Numbered from the stretch's first letter, positions 45,322-57,033 are shown. The stretch: 64,000 nt of DNA from Planktothrix sp. GU0601_MAG3 (GCA_035193785.1 CP136572.1:1748578-1812577), one strand, 5' to 3'. Notes: a model not told the origin generated them from the sequence alone. Numbers and translations: made by a program.

Positions 45322-45792
45322 TCACATTTTACTAATAATTCGTTGGACGATTTCGACCCCGGTAACAGCTTGCCAAGCAAACAGTCCCAGGATGATCGTA
45401 TTCAGGGTAATATGACTATATCTAGCCCAATTAACTCCTTTTTGCATATAGGGAGTTAAGGAGGCAGAAATCGCAATCATTCCGGTCATTCCCAGTCCCG
45501 CTAATAAGTGGGGGCCAACAAACAGTTTCCCATTGTTAATATAAGTGACACCCATACCGCCAATACTTCCCAACACCATCAAAGCCAGCAAAACTGAACC
45601 GATTTGGTGATGTTTAATATTGAATTTTCCCTTAATTAACTCTTTTTTGGTGTCTCCGTCCGCTTCCCGGGTACGACGAATTTGTACCCCCAAATACATC
45701 GCATAAATAGATAATCCTAACAAAATCCACATCAACACCGGATGAAAGAAATTCAGCCAGGGTTTAATCGAGACCAGAATCGGCGAATCCAT
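45322..45792 (-). CDS. DUF4079 membrane protein
   Basis: FFHPVLMW, HHQIGSVLL, GPHLLAGL and ARYSHITLN His-bearing TM helices. Confidence 0.8.
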   Translation of the reverse strand: MDSPILVSIKPWLNFFHPVLMWILLGLSIYAMYLGVQIRRTREADGDTKKELIKGKFNIKHHQIGSVLLALMVLGSIGGMGVTYINNGKLFVGPHLLAGLGMTGMIAISASLTPYMQKGVNWARYSHITLNTIILGLFAWQAVTGVEIVQRIISKM

Positions 45793-45906
45793 AATATCCT
45801 CTAAGCAAGCCACAAAACTTAATAAAAATTAGCATACACCAGTTGACAGTCGCCCGTCTATGATATCCTGCTGCTATCCTAGTTGAATCCTTCATCAAGT
45901 TTGGCA

Positions 45907-47904
45907 ATGAAACCCTTTAAACTTCATGCCCCCTTTCAACCCTTGGGAGACCAGCCCCAGGCGATCGCCCAACTTACCGATAATATTCAAAATGGGCAAC
46001 CTTTCAGCACCCTATTGGGGGCAACGGGAACCGGAAAAACCTTTACCATCGCCTCGGTAATCGAAAAAATCGGACGTCCGACCCTGGTGTTAGCCCATAA
46101 CAAAACCCTCGCCGCCCAATTATGTAACGAGTTTCGCTCATTTTTTCCCGAGAATGCTGTCGAATATTTTATTAGTTATTACGACTATTATCAACCGGAA
46201 GCCTATCTTCCTGTGACAGATACTTATATTGAAAAAACCTCATCAATTAATGAGGAAATTGATATGCTCCGCCATTCCGCCACTCGCTCTTTATTTGAAC
46301 GACGAGATGTGATTGTTGTCGCCTCCATTAGCTGTATTTATGGGTTAGGAATGCCCGCCGAATATTTAAAAGCTGCTATTTCTTTACAGGTGGGAAAAGA
46401 AGTCGATCAACGGGAATTGTTACGCGAATTAGTTTCTGTACAATATGCCCGCAATGATGTGGAGTTAAGCCGAGGACGGTTTCGGGTCAAAGGCGATGTT
46501 TTGGAAATTGGCCCCGCTTATGAAGATCGAATTATTCGGGTGGAATTTTTTGGAGATGAAATTGAAGCAATTCGTTATACAGACCCGGTTACGGGGGAGG
46601 TTTTGCAAAGTTTAGACTGTTTAAATATTTATCCCGCCCGACATTTTGTTACCCCAGAAGACCGTTTAGAAATAGCTTGTGATGACATAGAGCAGGAATT
46701 AAAACAACAGGTAACAGCACTAGAAAGTCAAAGTAAACTATTAGAAGCGCAACGGTTATCCCAGCGCACCCGTTATGATTTGGAAATGTTGCGGGAGGTG
46801 GGATATTGTAATGGGGTGGAAAACTATTCCCGTCAGTTGGCTGGAAGACAACCCGGACAACCTCCAGAATGTTTAATTAATTATTTTCCCAATGATTGGT
46901 TATTAGTTGTGGATGAATCTCATGTCAGTGTGCCTCAAATTCGGGGAATGTATAATGGTGATCAAGCACGGAAAAAAGTCTTAATTGATCATGGGTTTCG
47001 TTTACCTAGTGCGGCGGATAATCGTCCGTTAAAAGCGGAGGAATTTTGGCAAACGGTGAATCAGTGTATTTTTGTTTCCGCGACGCCGGGAGATTGGGAA
47101 ATTGAGCAATCTCAAGGTCAAGTGGTGGAACAAATTATCCGTCCGACGGGAGTAATTGATCCAGAAGTTTTTGTCCGTCCCACTTCTGGACAGGTGGATG
47201 ATTTATATGGGGAAATTCAAGAAAGAGTTGCTAGGGATGAGCGGGTTTTGATTACGACTTTAACTAAACGGATGGCGGAAGATTTAACGGAATATTTGCA
47301 AGAAAGGGGAGTTAATGTTAGATATCTGCATTCGGAAATCCAGTCAATTCAACGGATAGAAATTATTCAAGGATTACAAAATCGGGAGTTTGATGTGTTA
47401 ATTGGGGTGAATTTATTGCGGGAAGGGTTGGATTTACCCCAGGTGTCTTTGGTGGCGATTTTAGATGCGGATAAGGAGGGTTTTTTGCGATCGCATCGAT
47501 CACTAATTCAAACCATCGGACGGGCGGCGCGGAATGTCCGAGGACAGGCGATTTTATATGGGGATAATTTAACCCAAAGTATGATTAAGGCGATTGAGGA
47601 AACCAGCCGACGGCGAGAAATTCAACAGAAATACAATCAAAAACACGGAATTATTCCCCAACAAATTATCAAAAAATATAGTAATTCTATTTTGGAATTT
47701 TTGGATGTATCTCGACGGTTGAATGCTCAAACCACAGGAAAACAGATAGAAACCTTGGAGGAATTTCCCCTAGAAAGTATTCCCGATTTGATTATCCAAT
47801 TAGAAACTCAAATGAAGACGGCGGCGAAACAGTTGGAATTTGAAGAGGCGGCTAAGTTACGCGATCGGATTAAACAGTTACGCGATAAGTTACTCGGACA
47901 TTAG
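45907..47904 (+). CDS. uvrB: Excinuclease ABC subunit B
   Basis: [37 protein letters not shown] and a UVR tail. Confidence 0.98.
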   Translation: MKPFKLHAPFQPLGDQPQAIAQLTDNIQNGQPFSTLLGATGTGKTFTIASVIEKIGRPTLVLAHNKTLAAQLCNEFRSFFPENAVEYFISYYDYYQPEAYLPVTDTYIEKTSSINEEIDMLRHSATRSLFERRDVIVVASISCIYGLGMPAEYLKAAISLQVGKEVDQRELLRELVSVQYARNDVELSRGRFRVKGDVLEIGPAYEDRIIRVEFFGDEIEAIRYTDPVTGEVLQSLDCLNIYPARHFVTPEDRLEIACDDIEQELKQQVTALESQSKLLEAQRLSQRTRYDLEMLREVGYCNGVENYSRQLAGRQPGQPPECLINYFPNDWLLVVDESHVSVPQIRGMYNGDQARKKVLIDHGFRLPSAADNRPLKAEEFWQTVNQCIFVSATPGDWEIEQSQGQVVEQIIRPTGVIDPEVFVRPTSGQVDDLYGEIQERVARDERVLITTLTKRMAEDLTEYLQERGVNVRYLHSEIQSIQRIEIIQGLQNREFDVLIGVNLLREGLDLPQVSLVAILDADKEGFLRSHRSLIQTIGRAARNVRGQAILYGDNLTQSMIKAIEETSRRREIQQKYNQKHGIIPQQIIKKYSNSILEFLDVSRRLNAQTTGKQIETLEEFPLESIPDLIIQLETQMKTAAKQLEFEEAAKLRDRIKQLRDKLLGH

Positions 47905-48375
47905 GGTTTTAAAAAACCACTAAGACACTAGGACAGGAAGAAAGATAAGGGAAAACTCGGTTTTTGATTCTACTGCATAAAATGTGTATTTTGTCAAGAT
48001 ACCTGTTTTGGGCCTACGGTTTTTAGCCTAAAATTGGTGCATCATCTACCCCGAATTGTGTCAGGAAATCAAGACATTTGACGATGGAATCAAGGTTTTA
48101 GCCTCTATTTTGGGGTTTAGACACAGTAAACCCTTGGGAGGTGTTTTCCTAACTATACCAGAACCCCTATGATTCCGTCAACTATTTGACAGTAATTTTC
48201 AATAAAATATCAAGATTTCCTGACAATCCTTTAAAAAACAAAACATTTTTACGAAAATTATCAGTAAAACTTATCGAAAATCCCGTTGTTGCGCTTAAGC
48301 GCAATCTTCCCTAATTCCCCGTCCCCCAAGCTATTCCCCCAGGTAATTGCATTAACGCTGGATTTTTTACTCCCC

Positions 48376-49698
48376 TTAATTGGGATTAGGATTAGGATTA
48401 GGATTAGGATTAGGATTAGGATTGGGATTGGGATTGGGATTAGGATTAGGATTAGGATTAGGATTATTTAATACTTCATTAGCCGAAATTCCTTCCCCTT
48501 GAAATCCAAAATACCAAAGGGTAGCGGCGGCTTGTGCGCGAGTCACAGGTTTTTTAGGTTGGAATAAAGTGGTATACCCAAAAACCCGACGAATATTAGA
48601 ATTATCCGCATTATTATAGTCTTCTAAAATAGCAGGTAAAGCCCCCGGATCAATTTTAGAGGTATCTTTAAAACTCCATCTTTCCTTAACTGCATCAATA
48701 CTCGCCTTTGGTAAAGACTGTCGAGTATCTAAGGGGACTTTCCAAGCAATTAAATCCTCCCGAGTTAAAGGGGAATCGGGACGAAATTTTGTCACCGTAT
48801 TATCTCCCGATAAGGGACTTGAAATTAAACCAGCTTCTGCTAATCCTTGAATTTCCGCAAAATTCGGATGGGTTTTCGGAACATCCGTAAAAATCGGTTG
48901 ACTATTCCCCGCAGCTAACCGAATTTGTTTGGCTGGGTTATCGGCATATAATTTATTATTCACTTCTACCAGCCAACGGGCGTATTGACTGCGAGTAATC
49001 GTACCATTAGGGTTGGGTAAAATTCCGGCTTCTTGAGAATTGGGGGCTTTAAAAATACCCAATTTGGCGATATCAGAAACAAAGGAAGTTAACTCTTGAG
49101 GCACGGAATTATTTTCCGGTGTTTCGGGATTGGGAGTGATCTTCGGGGTAGGTGTGGGAGAAGGTGATGGTGCGGGAGAAGCGATCGCCGTAACCGGAAT
49201 AGGTTGATAACGAATTTGAAAATAGGTTTTTCCGTCTGCTTTAGGACTAGATTGTTGAGCAATAGTAAGTTTTACATTATCTTTTTCTGCATTCAAATTT
49301 TCGCTATTTTCGTTATCTAAATTATCGATGATTTTCCATTTTTTTGCCAATAATTCTTTTTTATAGAAACTTTGAACCGCATTACTCGGATCGGGGGTTT
49401 CCCAGAGGGTAATTACGGCCGTTTTATCCGTTGCGGAAGGCATAACCTCTCGTAAAGTAGCATTAGGATAGGGCGGAATTTCTGTGGGAAAATTAGCCGG
49501 AAGTTCAACCGCAGAAATTACAGGTTTAGGGGTTTGAGTGGGTGTGATGATCGGTTCAGGGGAGGGGGAATTTGTTTCTAACTGCGGATCAGCTTTCAGG
49601 GAATTTTCTATCGCTTTCCCCGTGGGACTATTGGCACAGGAGGATAGGGTAGTGATTAAAGTAACGGTTAAACCAGTTAATAGGAGAATGTGTTTCAT
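48376..49698 (-). CDS. SLH-domain lipoprotein with a C-terminal (NP)n tail
   Basis: Lipobox LSSC; FTDVPKTHPNFAEIQGLAEAG, FRPDSPLTRE and FQPKKPVTRAQAA SLH motifs. Confidence 0.88.
   Translation of the reverse strand: MKHILLLTGLTVTLITTLSSCANSPTGKAIENSLKADPQLETNSPSPEPIITPTQTPKPVISAVELPANFPTEIPPYPNATLREVMPSATDKTAVITLWETPDPSNAVQSFYKKELLAKKWKIIDNLDNENSENLNAEKDNVKLTIAQQSSPKADGKTYFQIRYQPIPVTAIASPAPSPSPTPTPKITPNPETPENNSVPQELTSFVSDIAKLGIFKAPNSQEAGILPNPNGTITRSQYARWLVEVNNKLYADNPAKQIRLAAGNSQPIFTDVPKTHPNFAEIQGLAEAGLISSPLSGDNTVTKFRPDSPLTREDLIAWKVPLDTRQSLPKASIDAVKERWSFKDTSKIDPGALPAILEDYNNADNSNIRRVFGYTTLFQPKKPVTRAQAAATLWYFGFQGEGISANEVLNNPNPNPNPNPNPNPNPNPNPNPNPNPNPN
48380..48466. repeat. Hexamer microsatellite GGATT(A/G) encoding Asn-Pro repeats
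   Basis: About 14 units directly before the stop codon of the SLH gene. Confidence 0.9.
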
Positions 49699-50288
49699 TA
49701 ATACGGGGAATAGGGATCACGGATTTAAGAGGATTTCACGGATTTCGCGGATTTTAATCTATGTTAAACGGTTAAAACCGTTAATAGGAGAATGTGTTTC
49801 ATTAATACGGGGAATAGGGATCACGGATTTAAGAGGATTTCACGGATTTCGCGGATTTTAATCTATGTTAAACGGTTAAAACCGTTAATAGAAGAATGTG
49901 TTTCATTAATACGGGGAATAGGGATCACGGATTTAAGAGGATTTCACGGATTTCGCGGATTTTAATCTATGTTAAACGGTTAAAACCGTTAATAGGAGAA
50001 TGTGTTTCATTAATACGGGGAATAGGGATCACGGATTTAAGAGGATTTCACGAATTTCGCGGATTTTAATCTATGTTAAACGGTTAAAACCGTTAATAGG
50101 AGAATGTGTTTCATTAATACGGGGAATAGGGATCACGGATTTAAGAGGATTTCACGAATTTCGCGGATTTTAATCTATGTTAAACGGTTAAAACCGTTAA
50201 TAGAAGAATGTGTTTCATTAATACGGGGAATAGGGATCACGGATTTAAGAGGATTTCACGGATTTCGCGGATTTTAATCTATGTTAAT
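49663..50288. repeat. Six tandem copies of a 104-bp unit containing the SLH gene leader and first 12 codons
   Basis: TTAATAG(G/A)AGAATG recurs at 49677, 49781, 49885, 49989, 50093 and 50197 (period 104). Confidence 0.95.
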
Positions 50289-50379
50289 CTGGGTCATCCT
50301 ATTAAATCCTTGATGGGGAATGGGGGTAATAAAAAGTAATTCGACCTGATAAACATGATTAAGGTTTAATATTCTTGTA

Positions 50380-51591
50380 TTATACCTCTTGGTGTCTTTG
50401 TGTCTGGGTGTTTCCTGCAAAAATGATATCGGTTAAAACTTGAACCAATGTTTGCAACTGCATGGGGGTATGAGTTGCCATTAAGGAAATCCGAATCCGA
50501 CTGGTATTGACGGTGGGGGGACGAATAGCGGCGGCAAAAATTCCCTGTTCTTTGAGTTGATTTCTGAGGGTTAATACCGTGGCTGCATCTTTAATCGGAA
50601 TACAAAAAATTGGGGAAAGGGTATGGGTAATCGACAAATTAGATGTTTTTTTATGATCTTGAAATAGGGTTTCTAAGGTTTTCACATTTTGCCATAATTG
50701 TTCCCGGCGTTGGGGTTCGGTTTGCACAATCTGAATCGCGGCTAAGGCGGCGGCGGTGTCCGCAGGACTCAATCCGGTGGTATAAATCCAACTGGGGGCG
50801 CGATTTCTTAAAAAGTCAATTAATTCCGCCGATCCTGCTACATAACCCCCTAAACTTCCCAGGGCTTTACTGAGAGTTCCCATCTGAATTAAAGGTTCTC
50901 CCGTACAGTTAAAATGGTCTACACATCCGGCGCCATTTTTACCAAAAACTCCTGTCCCATGGGCTTCATCTACTAATACCATACAGGAAAATTCTTCCCC
51001 TAAATCGAGTAAATCAAGTAGGGGACATAAATCCCCATCCATACTAAATACACTATCGGTAATAATCAGTGCTTTCCGGTAGGGAAGACGTTTTTCTTCT
51101 AGGATTTTTCTCAAATGTTCTGGGTTATTATGTTGATATTCTAACACGGTTGCGCCACTCATTTTAGCCCCATTTATTAGACTGGAGTGGTTATATTCAT
51201 CGGATAAAATCAAATCCCGTTGTCCGACTAAAGCCGCAATTGTGCCAATATTGGCTAAATAACCAGAACTAAAAACTAAGGCGTCTTCGGTTTGTTTAAA
51301 AGCGGCGATCGCTAATTCCAAATCTCGATGGAGTTGGCGATGTCCGGTTAACAATCGAGAACCCGTTACCCCCGTACCAAATTCTTGAGTTGCGGCGATC
51401 GCGGCATCAATTAACCGTTGATCTCCGGTCAGTCCTAAATAATCATTACTGGCAAAATTAATTAAGGATTGACCCCCTATGATCAAAGTCGATCCCGGTT
51501 GACTTTCGACAGTTTGAACCGAACGATACCAGTCCGCTTTATGAATCGTATGGAGTGCTTTTTCAATCCAAGCATAAGCATCATTGATCAT
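50380..51591 (-). CDS. bioF: 8-amino-7-oxononanoate synthase
   Basis: [35 protein letters not shown] and GTLSKALG motifs; start set at MINDAYAW. Confidence 0.94.
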   Translation of the reverse strand: MINDAYAWIEKALHTIHKADWYRSVQTVESQPGSTLIIGGQSLINFASNDYLGLTGDQRLIDAAIAATQEFGTGVTGSRLLTGHRQLHRDLELAIAAFKQTEDALVFSSGYLANIGTIAALVGQRDLILSDEYNHSSLINGAKMSGATVLEYQHNNPEHLRKILEEKRLPYRKALIITDSVFSMDGDLCPLLDLLDLGEEFSCMVLVDEAHGTGVFGKNGAGCVDHFNCTGEPLIQMGTLSKALGSLGGYVAGSAELIDFLRNRAPSWIYTTGLSPADTAAALAAIQIVQTEPQRREQLWQNVKTLETLFQDHKKTSNLSITHTLSPIFCIPIKDAATVLTLRNQLKEQGIFAAAIRPPTVNTSRIRISLMATHTPMQLQTLVQVLTDIIFAGNTQTQRHQEV

Positions 51592-51862
51592 GTTGAATAT
51601 CATCGGGATAGGGTTGACTAATTTCGGCACTTTTGCCCCTAACTGGGGGTAATTTATCCACCAAACCCAGATCAAAAGCAATGTCGGGTAACTCGCCAGC
51701 AATATAATGTCCGGGCTCAAAAATACGACTGGCGGTAAAACACATTTGTCTGAGTTCAACTAATTCAGTCGGTTCAAACATTCCCCTAAATAGTTTGCGT
51801 TCCAGACCCATGATTAAATTCTCCTGAATTTTAGCAAAATTAGATTCAGCCTTTTCAATCAT
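51581..51862 (-). CDS. Hypothetical protein overlapping the bioF start
   Basis: 93-aa ATG ORF tightly packed between the channel gene and bioF. Confidence 0.55.
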   Translation of the reverse strand: MIEKAESNFAKIQENLIMGLERKLFRGMFEPTELVELRQMCFTASRIFEPGHYIAGELPDIAFDLGLVDKLPPVRGKSAEISQPYPDDIQHDQ

Positions 51863-51876
51863 AACCGCAAAATCAA

Positions 51877-52722
51877 TTAATACTCAAGATCCCGGGAATG
51901 TTCCAGAGGTTGATCAATATTCTTACCACAATGGGGACAAACTTTAGGGGAAATGCTTTGATTTGCTATTTTATTCATGGCGATAACTTCCGTAAAACCC
52001 GAGGCAATAATCCCCGCAGGTAAGGCAATAAGTCCAATTCCTAATAATGCTAAAATACCCCCCAATAATCTTCCCAGGGGAGTAATGGGATAAACATCTC
52101 CATAACCCACCGTTGTTAGGGTAATCACCGCCCACCACATCGCCGCCGGGATATGGGGAAATTTATCCGGTTGTGCTTCATGTTCGGCAAAATAAATTAA
52201 ATTGCCTGAAAATATCAATAAAAAAATTACCATATCTAAGGTTAAGATTAATTCCTTTTTTCGCAGGTTAATAACTTCAGTTAAAATTTGAGTTAATTGG
52301 GAATAACGACCTAATTTTAAAATTTGTAAAAAGCGAGTTAGCTGCAAGATATTCCTGTCTTGAAAATTGCTAGGATTAAAAGGAAAATAAAAGGGCAAAA
52401 AAGCAATTAAATCAATAATTGCTAGGGGAGTTGACATATATTTCAGCCTTCCCCAAAAGGGATGACGATATTTTTTAAGGATCGTACATGACCAGACCCT
52501 TAATATATATTCCAAGGTAAAAACCCCCACTGAAAACTGATTAAATGCAATTAAACTCGTTTTATAAATTTTAAACGTTTCATCCATCGATTCAATAGAA
52601 ACTGCCAGGGTATTTAAGGTAATTAAAAAGATTAAAAAATATTTAAAAAATCGGCCTAACAGGTGTTGGTGTTTCTTCGTCTCTAAAAGCAGAAACACAC
52701 GATGCTTGATTTTTTTAACCAT
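51877..52722 (-). CDS. 6-TM potassium channel (ion transporter) with a C-terminal CPHCG motif
   Basis: Selectivity filter TLTTVGYGDVYP and EYILRVW motif. Start uncertain (52722 or 52770). Confidence 0.88.
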   Translation of the reverse strand: MVKKIKHRVFLLLETKKHQHLLGRFFKYFLIFLITLNTLAVSIESMDETFKIYKTSLIAFNQFSVGVFTLEYILRVWSCTILKKYRHPFWGRLKYMSTPLAIIDLIAFLPFYFPFNPSNFQDRNILQLTRFLQILKLGRYSQLTQILTEVINLRKKELILTLDMVIFLLIFSGNLIYFAEHEAQPDKFPHIPAAMWWAVITLTTVGYGDVYPITPLGRLLGGILALLGIGLIALPAGIIASGFTEVIAMNKIANQSISPKVCPHCGKNIDQPLEHSRDLEY

Positions 52723-52773
52723 GTTATCCCATTCATGCCAAGATAGAGTATTAAGTTCAGTTAATATCATCTT

Positions 52774-53781
52774 ATGGGTAAACAGCGAGTTCTCTCTGGA
52801 GTACAACCGACCGGAAACCTACATTTGGGTAACTACCTGGGTGCAATTCGCAACTGGGTAGACCATCAAGCGCAATACGATAACTTCTTCTGTGTTGTCG
52901 ATTTACACGCCATTACCGTCCCCCATAATCCCGCCACCCTAACAACCGATACCTACACCATTGCCGCCCTTTATTTAGCCTGTGGCATCGATTTAGACCA
53001 TTCTACAATTTTTGTTCAGTCCCATATTTCTGCCCATAGTGAACTCACCTGGCTACTGAATTGTATTACCCCGATGAATTGGTTAGAAGACATGATTCAG
53101 TTTAAGGAAAAAGCGATTAAACAGGGGGAAAATGTCAGTGTGGGATTGCTCGATTATCCGGTATTAATGGCGGCGGATATTTTGCTTTATGATGCGGATA
53201 AAGTTCCCGTGGGAGAAGATCAAAAACAACATCTGGAATTAACCCGGGATTTGGCCGTAAGATTTAATCATTTATTTGGCAAAGGTAAAACCCTGTTAAA
53301 ATTACCCGACCCATTAATTCGTACCGAAGGTGCTCGGGTAATGAGTCTTACCGATGGCACTCGCAAAATGTCAAAATCCGATCCCTCCGAATTAAGCCGG
53401 ATTAATTTATTAGATGATCCTGATACAATTACTAAAAAAATTAAACGCTGTAAAACCGATGCAGTTCGCGGTTTAACCTTTGATGATCCAGACCGTCCAG
53501 AATGTCATAATCTATTAATGTTGTATGGAATTTTAGCGGGGAAAACTAAAGCAGAAGTTGCAGCAGAAGCTCAGGATATGGGATGGGGTCAATTTAAGCC
53601 TTTATTCACAGAAACCCTAATTGAAAATCTGAAACCCATCCAAGCAAAATATAAGGCGGTGATGGATGATAGGGGCTATTTGGAATCGGTATTAAAAACC
53701 GGTCGAGAAAAAGCCGAAGCGGTGGCTAATCAAACCCTAACTCGCGTTAAGGAAGCCATGGGATATTCCCGACCTTTATAA
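52774..53781 (+). CDS. trpS: Tryptophan--tRNA ligase
   Basis: SGVQPTGNLHLGNYLGA, VPVGEDQKQHLE and KMSKS motifs. Confidence 0.97.
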   Translation: MGKQRVLSGVQPTGNLHLGNYLGAIRNWVDHQAQYDNFFCVVDLHAITVPHNPATLTTDTYTIAALYLACGIDLDHSTIFVQSHISAHSELTWLLNCITPMNWLEDMIQFKEKAIKQGENVSVGLLDYPVLMAADILLYDADKVPVGEDQKQHLELTRDLAVRFNHLFGKGKTLLKLPDPLIRTEGARVMSLTDGTRKMSKSDPSELSRINLLDDPDTITKKIKRCKTDAVRGLTFDDPDRPECHNLLMLYGILAGKTKAEVAAEAQDMGWGQFKPLFTETLIENLKPIQAKYKAVMDDRGYLESVLKTGREKAEAVANQTLTRVKEAMGYSRPL

Positions 53782-53898
53782 GTTCAATTCCGATGAATTA
53801 AAATTGATCATCCCTATTTGATGATTTGATTCAGGAACTTTCAACCGGGCTACAAATTCTCAACATTAACCTTTGAAAAACCACCTTAAACCTTAAGA

Positions 53899-54789
53899 AT
53901 GAATCGTTTTCGCACTGCTTGTCAAACTTTAGACGAATTTATTGTAACGGCGGAAGTCGCCCCCCCCAAAGGCGCAGACCCTAGCCACATGATTGAAATG
54001 GTCAGACTCCTCAAAGGTCGAGTTCATGCGGTTAATATTACCGATGGGAGTCGGGCTGTTTTAGGCATGAGTTCCCTAGCCGCTTCAATTATTTTGTTGC
54101 ATCATGGGGTAGAACCGATTTATCAAGTGGCTTGTCGCGATCGCAATCGGATTGGTTTACAAGCGGATTTATTAGGAGCCCAAGCTCTAGGAATTAGAAA
54201 TGTTTTAGCCCTAACTGGTGATCCGGTCAAAGCCGGAGATCATCCCGATGCTAAGGCGGTTTTTGATTTAGAATCTGTGCGATTATTACAAGCAATTGAT
54301 AAACTGAATCAAGGCAAAGATTGGAACAATAAAGCCTTACCCGATGGCGCCACGGATTTATTTCCGGGGGCGGCGGTTGACCCCCAATCTTCCAGTTGGT
54401 CAGGGTTAAAAAGTCGATTTGAACGGAAAATAGAAGCGGGGGCGCAATTTTTTCAAAGTCAATTAATTACGGATTTTGATCGGTTAGATCAATTTATGAC
54501 GGAAATTGCTGATAGTAGTAAAAAGCCCATTTTAGCCGGAGTCTTTCTATTAAAATCCGCTAAAAATGCTCGATTTATTAATAAATATGTTCCCGGCGTT
54601 TGCATTCCTGATACAATTATTGATCGTTTAGAACAGGCTAAACACCCCCTAGAAGAAGGTATTTTAATTGCATCGGAACAGGTTAAAACCGCCCGGGAAC
54701 TCTGTCATGGAGTCCATATTATGGCGGTGAAACGGGAGGATTTAATTCCTAAAATCTTGGATTTAGCGGGAATAAAACCTTTGTTTTAA
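53899..54789 (+). CDS. metF: Methylenetetrahydrofolate reductase
   Basis: TAEVAPPKG, VNITDGSRA, CRDRNRIGLQ, LALTGD and KIEAGAQFFQSQ motifs. Confidence 0.92.
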   Translation: MNRFRTACQTLDEFIVTAEVAPPKGADPSHMIEMVRLLKGRVHAVNITDGSRAVLGMSSLAASIILLHHGVEPIYQVACRDRNRIGLQADLLGAQALGIRNVLALTGDPVKAGDHPDAKAVFDLESVRLLQAIDKLNQGKDWNNKALPDGATDLFPGAAVDPQSSSWSGLKSRFERKIEAGAQFFQSQLITDFDRLDQFMTEIADSSKKPILAGVFLLKSAKNARFINKYVPGVCIPDTIIDRLEQAKHPLEEGILIASEQVKTARELCHGVHIMAVKREDLIPKILDLAGIKPLF

Positions 54790-54884
54790 TATCTAAGGTG
54801 AGAGCGAACACATCTAACAACTTGATTGTTTTGGGTTTTATAAACATCGAGTCAGCTTTGTTTTGTTAAAATAGCAATTATCCC

Positions 54885-55085
54885 CATTACTAAGGAAAAA
54901 AACGAGGAGGTGTCTTGGGAGGAGTTAAAGCAACAAATTGAGGCTGAAGCTCATGGCAAATGAGGGTTATACTGTCCGCTTTAAGAAGTCGGCGGCTAAG
55001 GAGTTGCGAGGGCTAGATATCGATCTTCAATTACGCATTAGTGAAGCTATTGATTGTTTGAGCTTGGAAACCTCGACCAGAATGA
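54885..55085 (+). pseudogene. Truncated RelE/ParE-type toxin-antitoxin remnant
   Basis: Antitoxin-like tail ...EEVSWEELKQQIEAEAHGK* overlaps ATG 54953 MANEGYTVRFKKSAAKELRGLDIDLQLRISEAIDCLSLE(PRP); both are truncated. Confidence 0.65.
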
Positions 55086-55176
55086 TACTCTGGTAAATAT
55101 TCTGGATTGGGATGAGCAATCATTTCAGCTAAAGCCCTTTCAAAGCCGAGGTTGTAACATTTCCTCCTTGCTGTGT

Positions 55177-55545
55177 CTAAGAAAAAACTGGAACCTTTTC
55201 AACTATTATGTTATTAAATTCTAAGGATAAATTATCCCCTTGACGATGGGCTTCCCAAGTTCCCGACGATAACCGACCGATTTGCCATTGTCCCTGAATA
55301 TAATTTTCATCCTCAGAGACCGTCCCCGTATAACTGACCGTATCGGGAGAAGTCGTTAGATATTGTTTGGTAAAACTCACCCCCCGACCCATCACCGCCC
55401 CACTAATTTGAGCCTCTCCCAAATAACCCTCATCTAAAATATTCCCGGCTAAGGAATTTCCGCTTTGAATAAATGTGACTTCAAAACGAGTCGGAAGCCC
55501 CTCTTGCCAATAAGTTCCTAGCCAGTTTCCACTAATATCAGCCAT
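55177..55545 (-). CDS. Hypothetical beta-barrel-like protein
   Basis: 122-aa ORF with ISGNWLGTYW and YTGTV..IQGQW motifs. Confidence 0.7.
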   Translation of the reverse strand: MADISGNWLGTYWQEGLPTRFEVTFIQSGNSLAGNILDEGYLGEAQISGAVMGRGVSFTKQYLTTSPDTVSYTGTVSEDENYIQGQWQIGRLSSGTWEAHRQGDNLSLEFNNIIVEKVPVFS

Positions 55546-55580
55546 AGTTTATATTAAAAATTAGTTAAAAGGACAGTTTA

Positions 55581-56652
55581 TTAATTTGAGCAAGTTTCTT
55601 CTGTGGATAAATTAACAAAATTTGAAACTTGACAGGAGGTTGACAAATGAGCAATTAAGGTTTTTGTCCAAGGAGATAAAAAATTATCCCCCGAAATCTT
55701 CAGAAATTGTAGGCGAAGATTGGGCATCACTGAACTAGCTGCCTGATCAAATTTTATACTAGAACCCGTTTGGCTGGTGCGATAAACCCAATGCTGGTTT
55801 TCGTGACCGATAATCACCCGCCAACCCGCCACCAAACTTTGGGTACAAAACATCCCCGGTTGCACTAACCCCAAACAACCATCGGGCCAGATTTGTTCTT
55901 CTACCGCCTCCAGGGTCAGTTGAGAGGGCGATAAACCCGACCGTTGCAGAATATCCTTAAACACCGATTCTAAGACCGAGGAGGGAAGATTTAACGAATG
56001 ACCTTGGGATTCTAAACGAATCATTCTCCCCTGAGCATCCGTGCGATAGACCCAGGTTTGGCGACCATCGGAGACCACCACCCGCCACCCTGAAACTAAC
56101 ATTTGGCCACAGACTTCATCGGTTGTCGCCAGTCCTAAACAGGTATCTGGCCAAGTTTGTTGACGCGCTTCTACAATTTTGAGATCTTTGACAATAACTC
56201 CCGATTCCCGGGCGACGGTTTCCCGAATTTTTTTGTCTACGGTCGGAGGTAAAACCTGAGCCGAAGTCCCGGAATTAACCATCCATTCGGGATTTAAAGG
56301 ATTTTTTGCATAGATTACCGGAATGGTTTTGGGTAATTGTCCCTGATGTTTAAATAAGGGATTAGGTAAAACCCGATAGGTGGGGGTGATGGGAGAAACC
56401 GCAATCGGATTTTCAGGAATTTGCCATAACCGTTGGTTTTCTACCGCTCTGGGAGAAACGGGTTTTTGGGTAACGGTCAGGGAATCGGAGATGACTGCTT
56501 GACTGTGAAACTATGGCCGATTTTAATAAATTTGAGTCAGATTTTAAAGCTAAAACCCCAGTTAACATCAATGCCAATACCAACGGGCGGGGCTGCTTCT
56601 TGTTCACAGGGGAGGTCGCTTGGGGGCGATGGTGGGGGTGACTGGATTTCAT
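55581..56652 (-). CDS. Hypothetical exported protein with two WPDxCLGL...CxQxLVxGWRV repeats; +1 frameshift at 56455-56459
   Basis: Repair joins 56413..56652 (hydrophobic segment) to 55581..56282, giving 356 aa. Confidence 0.7.
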
Positions 56653-57033
56653 TGGGAAGCATCCACAAATACAGAATTATTAATGGCAAAAATGACCCAG
56701 ATTGCTGAACATTAGTTTCGGAAAATCACCGTTCAATACAGTCCTGACCGAAACTTATTGATCTCAATCGGACTCAAACAATGCAAAGAGAGCTTCAACG
56801 CCTTTAGTCGGTTTTCCGGTGTGGTCATCTGACTTTGCAAATTGAGTTCAATTCCTATACAAAAATTCCTGGGATATTTCAGACCACAACTGTAGATTAG
56901 TCGGAAATTCCACCGGGTCATTGCCTGCGCCCCATCCTAACATACCCATTCCCTGATTACCCAGTCTGGGAGTTCAACTATCACCAGACCTGATAGGTTA
57001 AGAATAGGATCAAAAATTTAGGAGTCAATCCAG

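Noticed and set aside
48286..48471. (IR)n/(IG)n peptide ORF, and similarly 11567..11749 and 36867..37091
   Set aside because: These are alternative-frame or antisense translations of microsatellites.
49663..50288. Possible CRISPR array or the 107-aa plus-strand ORF 49538..49861
   Set aside because: Head-to-tail 104-bp duplication without spacers; the ORF is an antisense by-product.
51592..51759. N-terminal extension of BioF in the ORF track
   Set aside because: It overlaps the upstream 93-aa ORF, and BioF similarity begins at about MINDAYAW.
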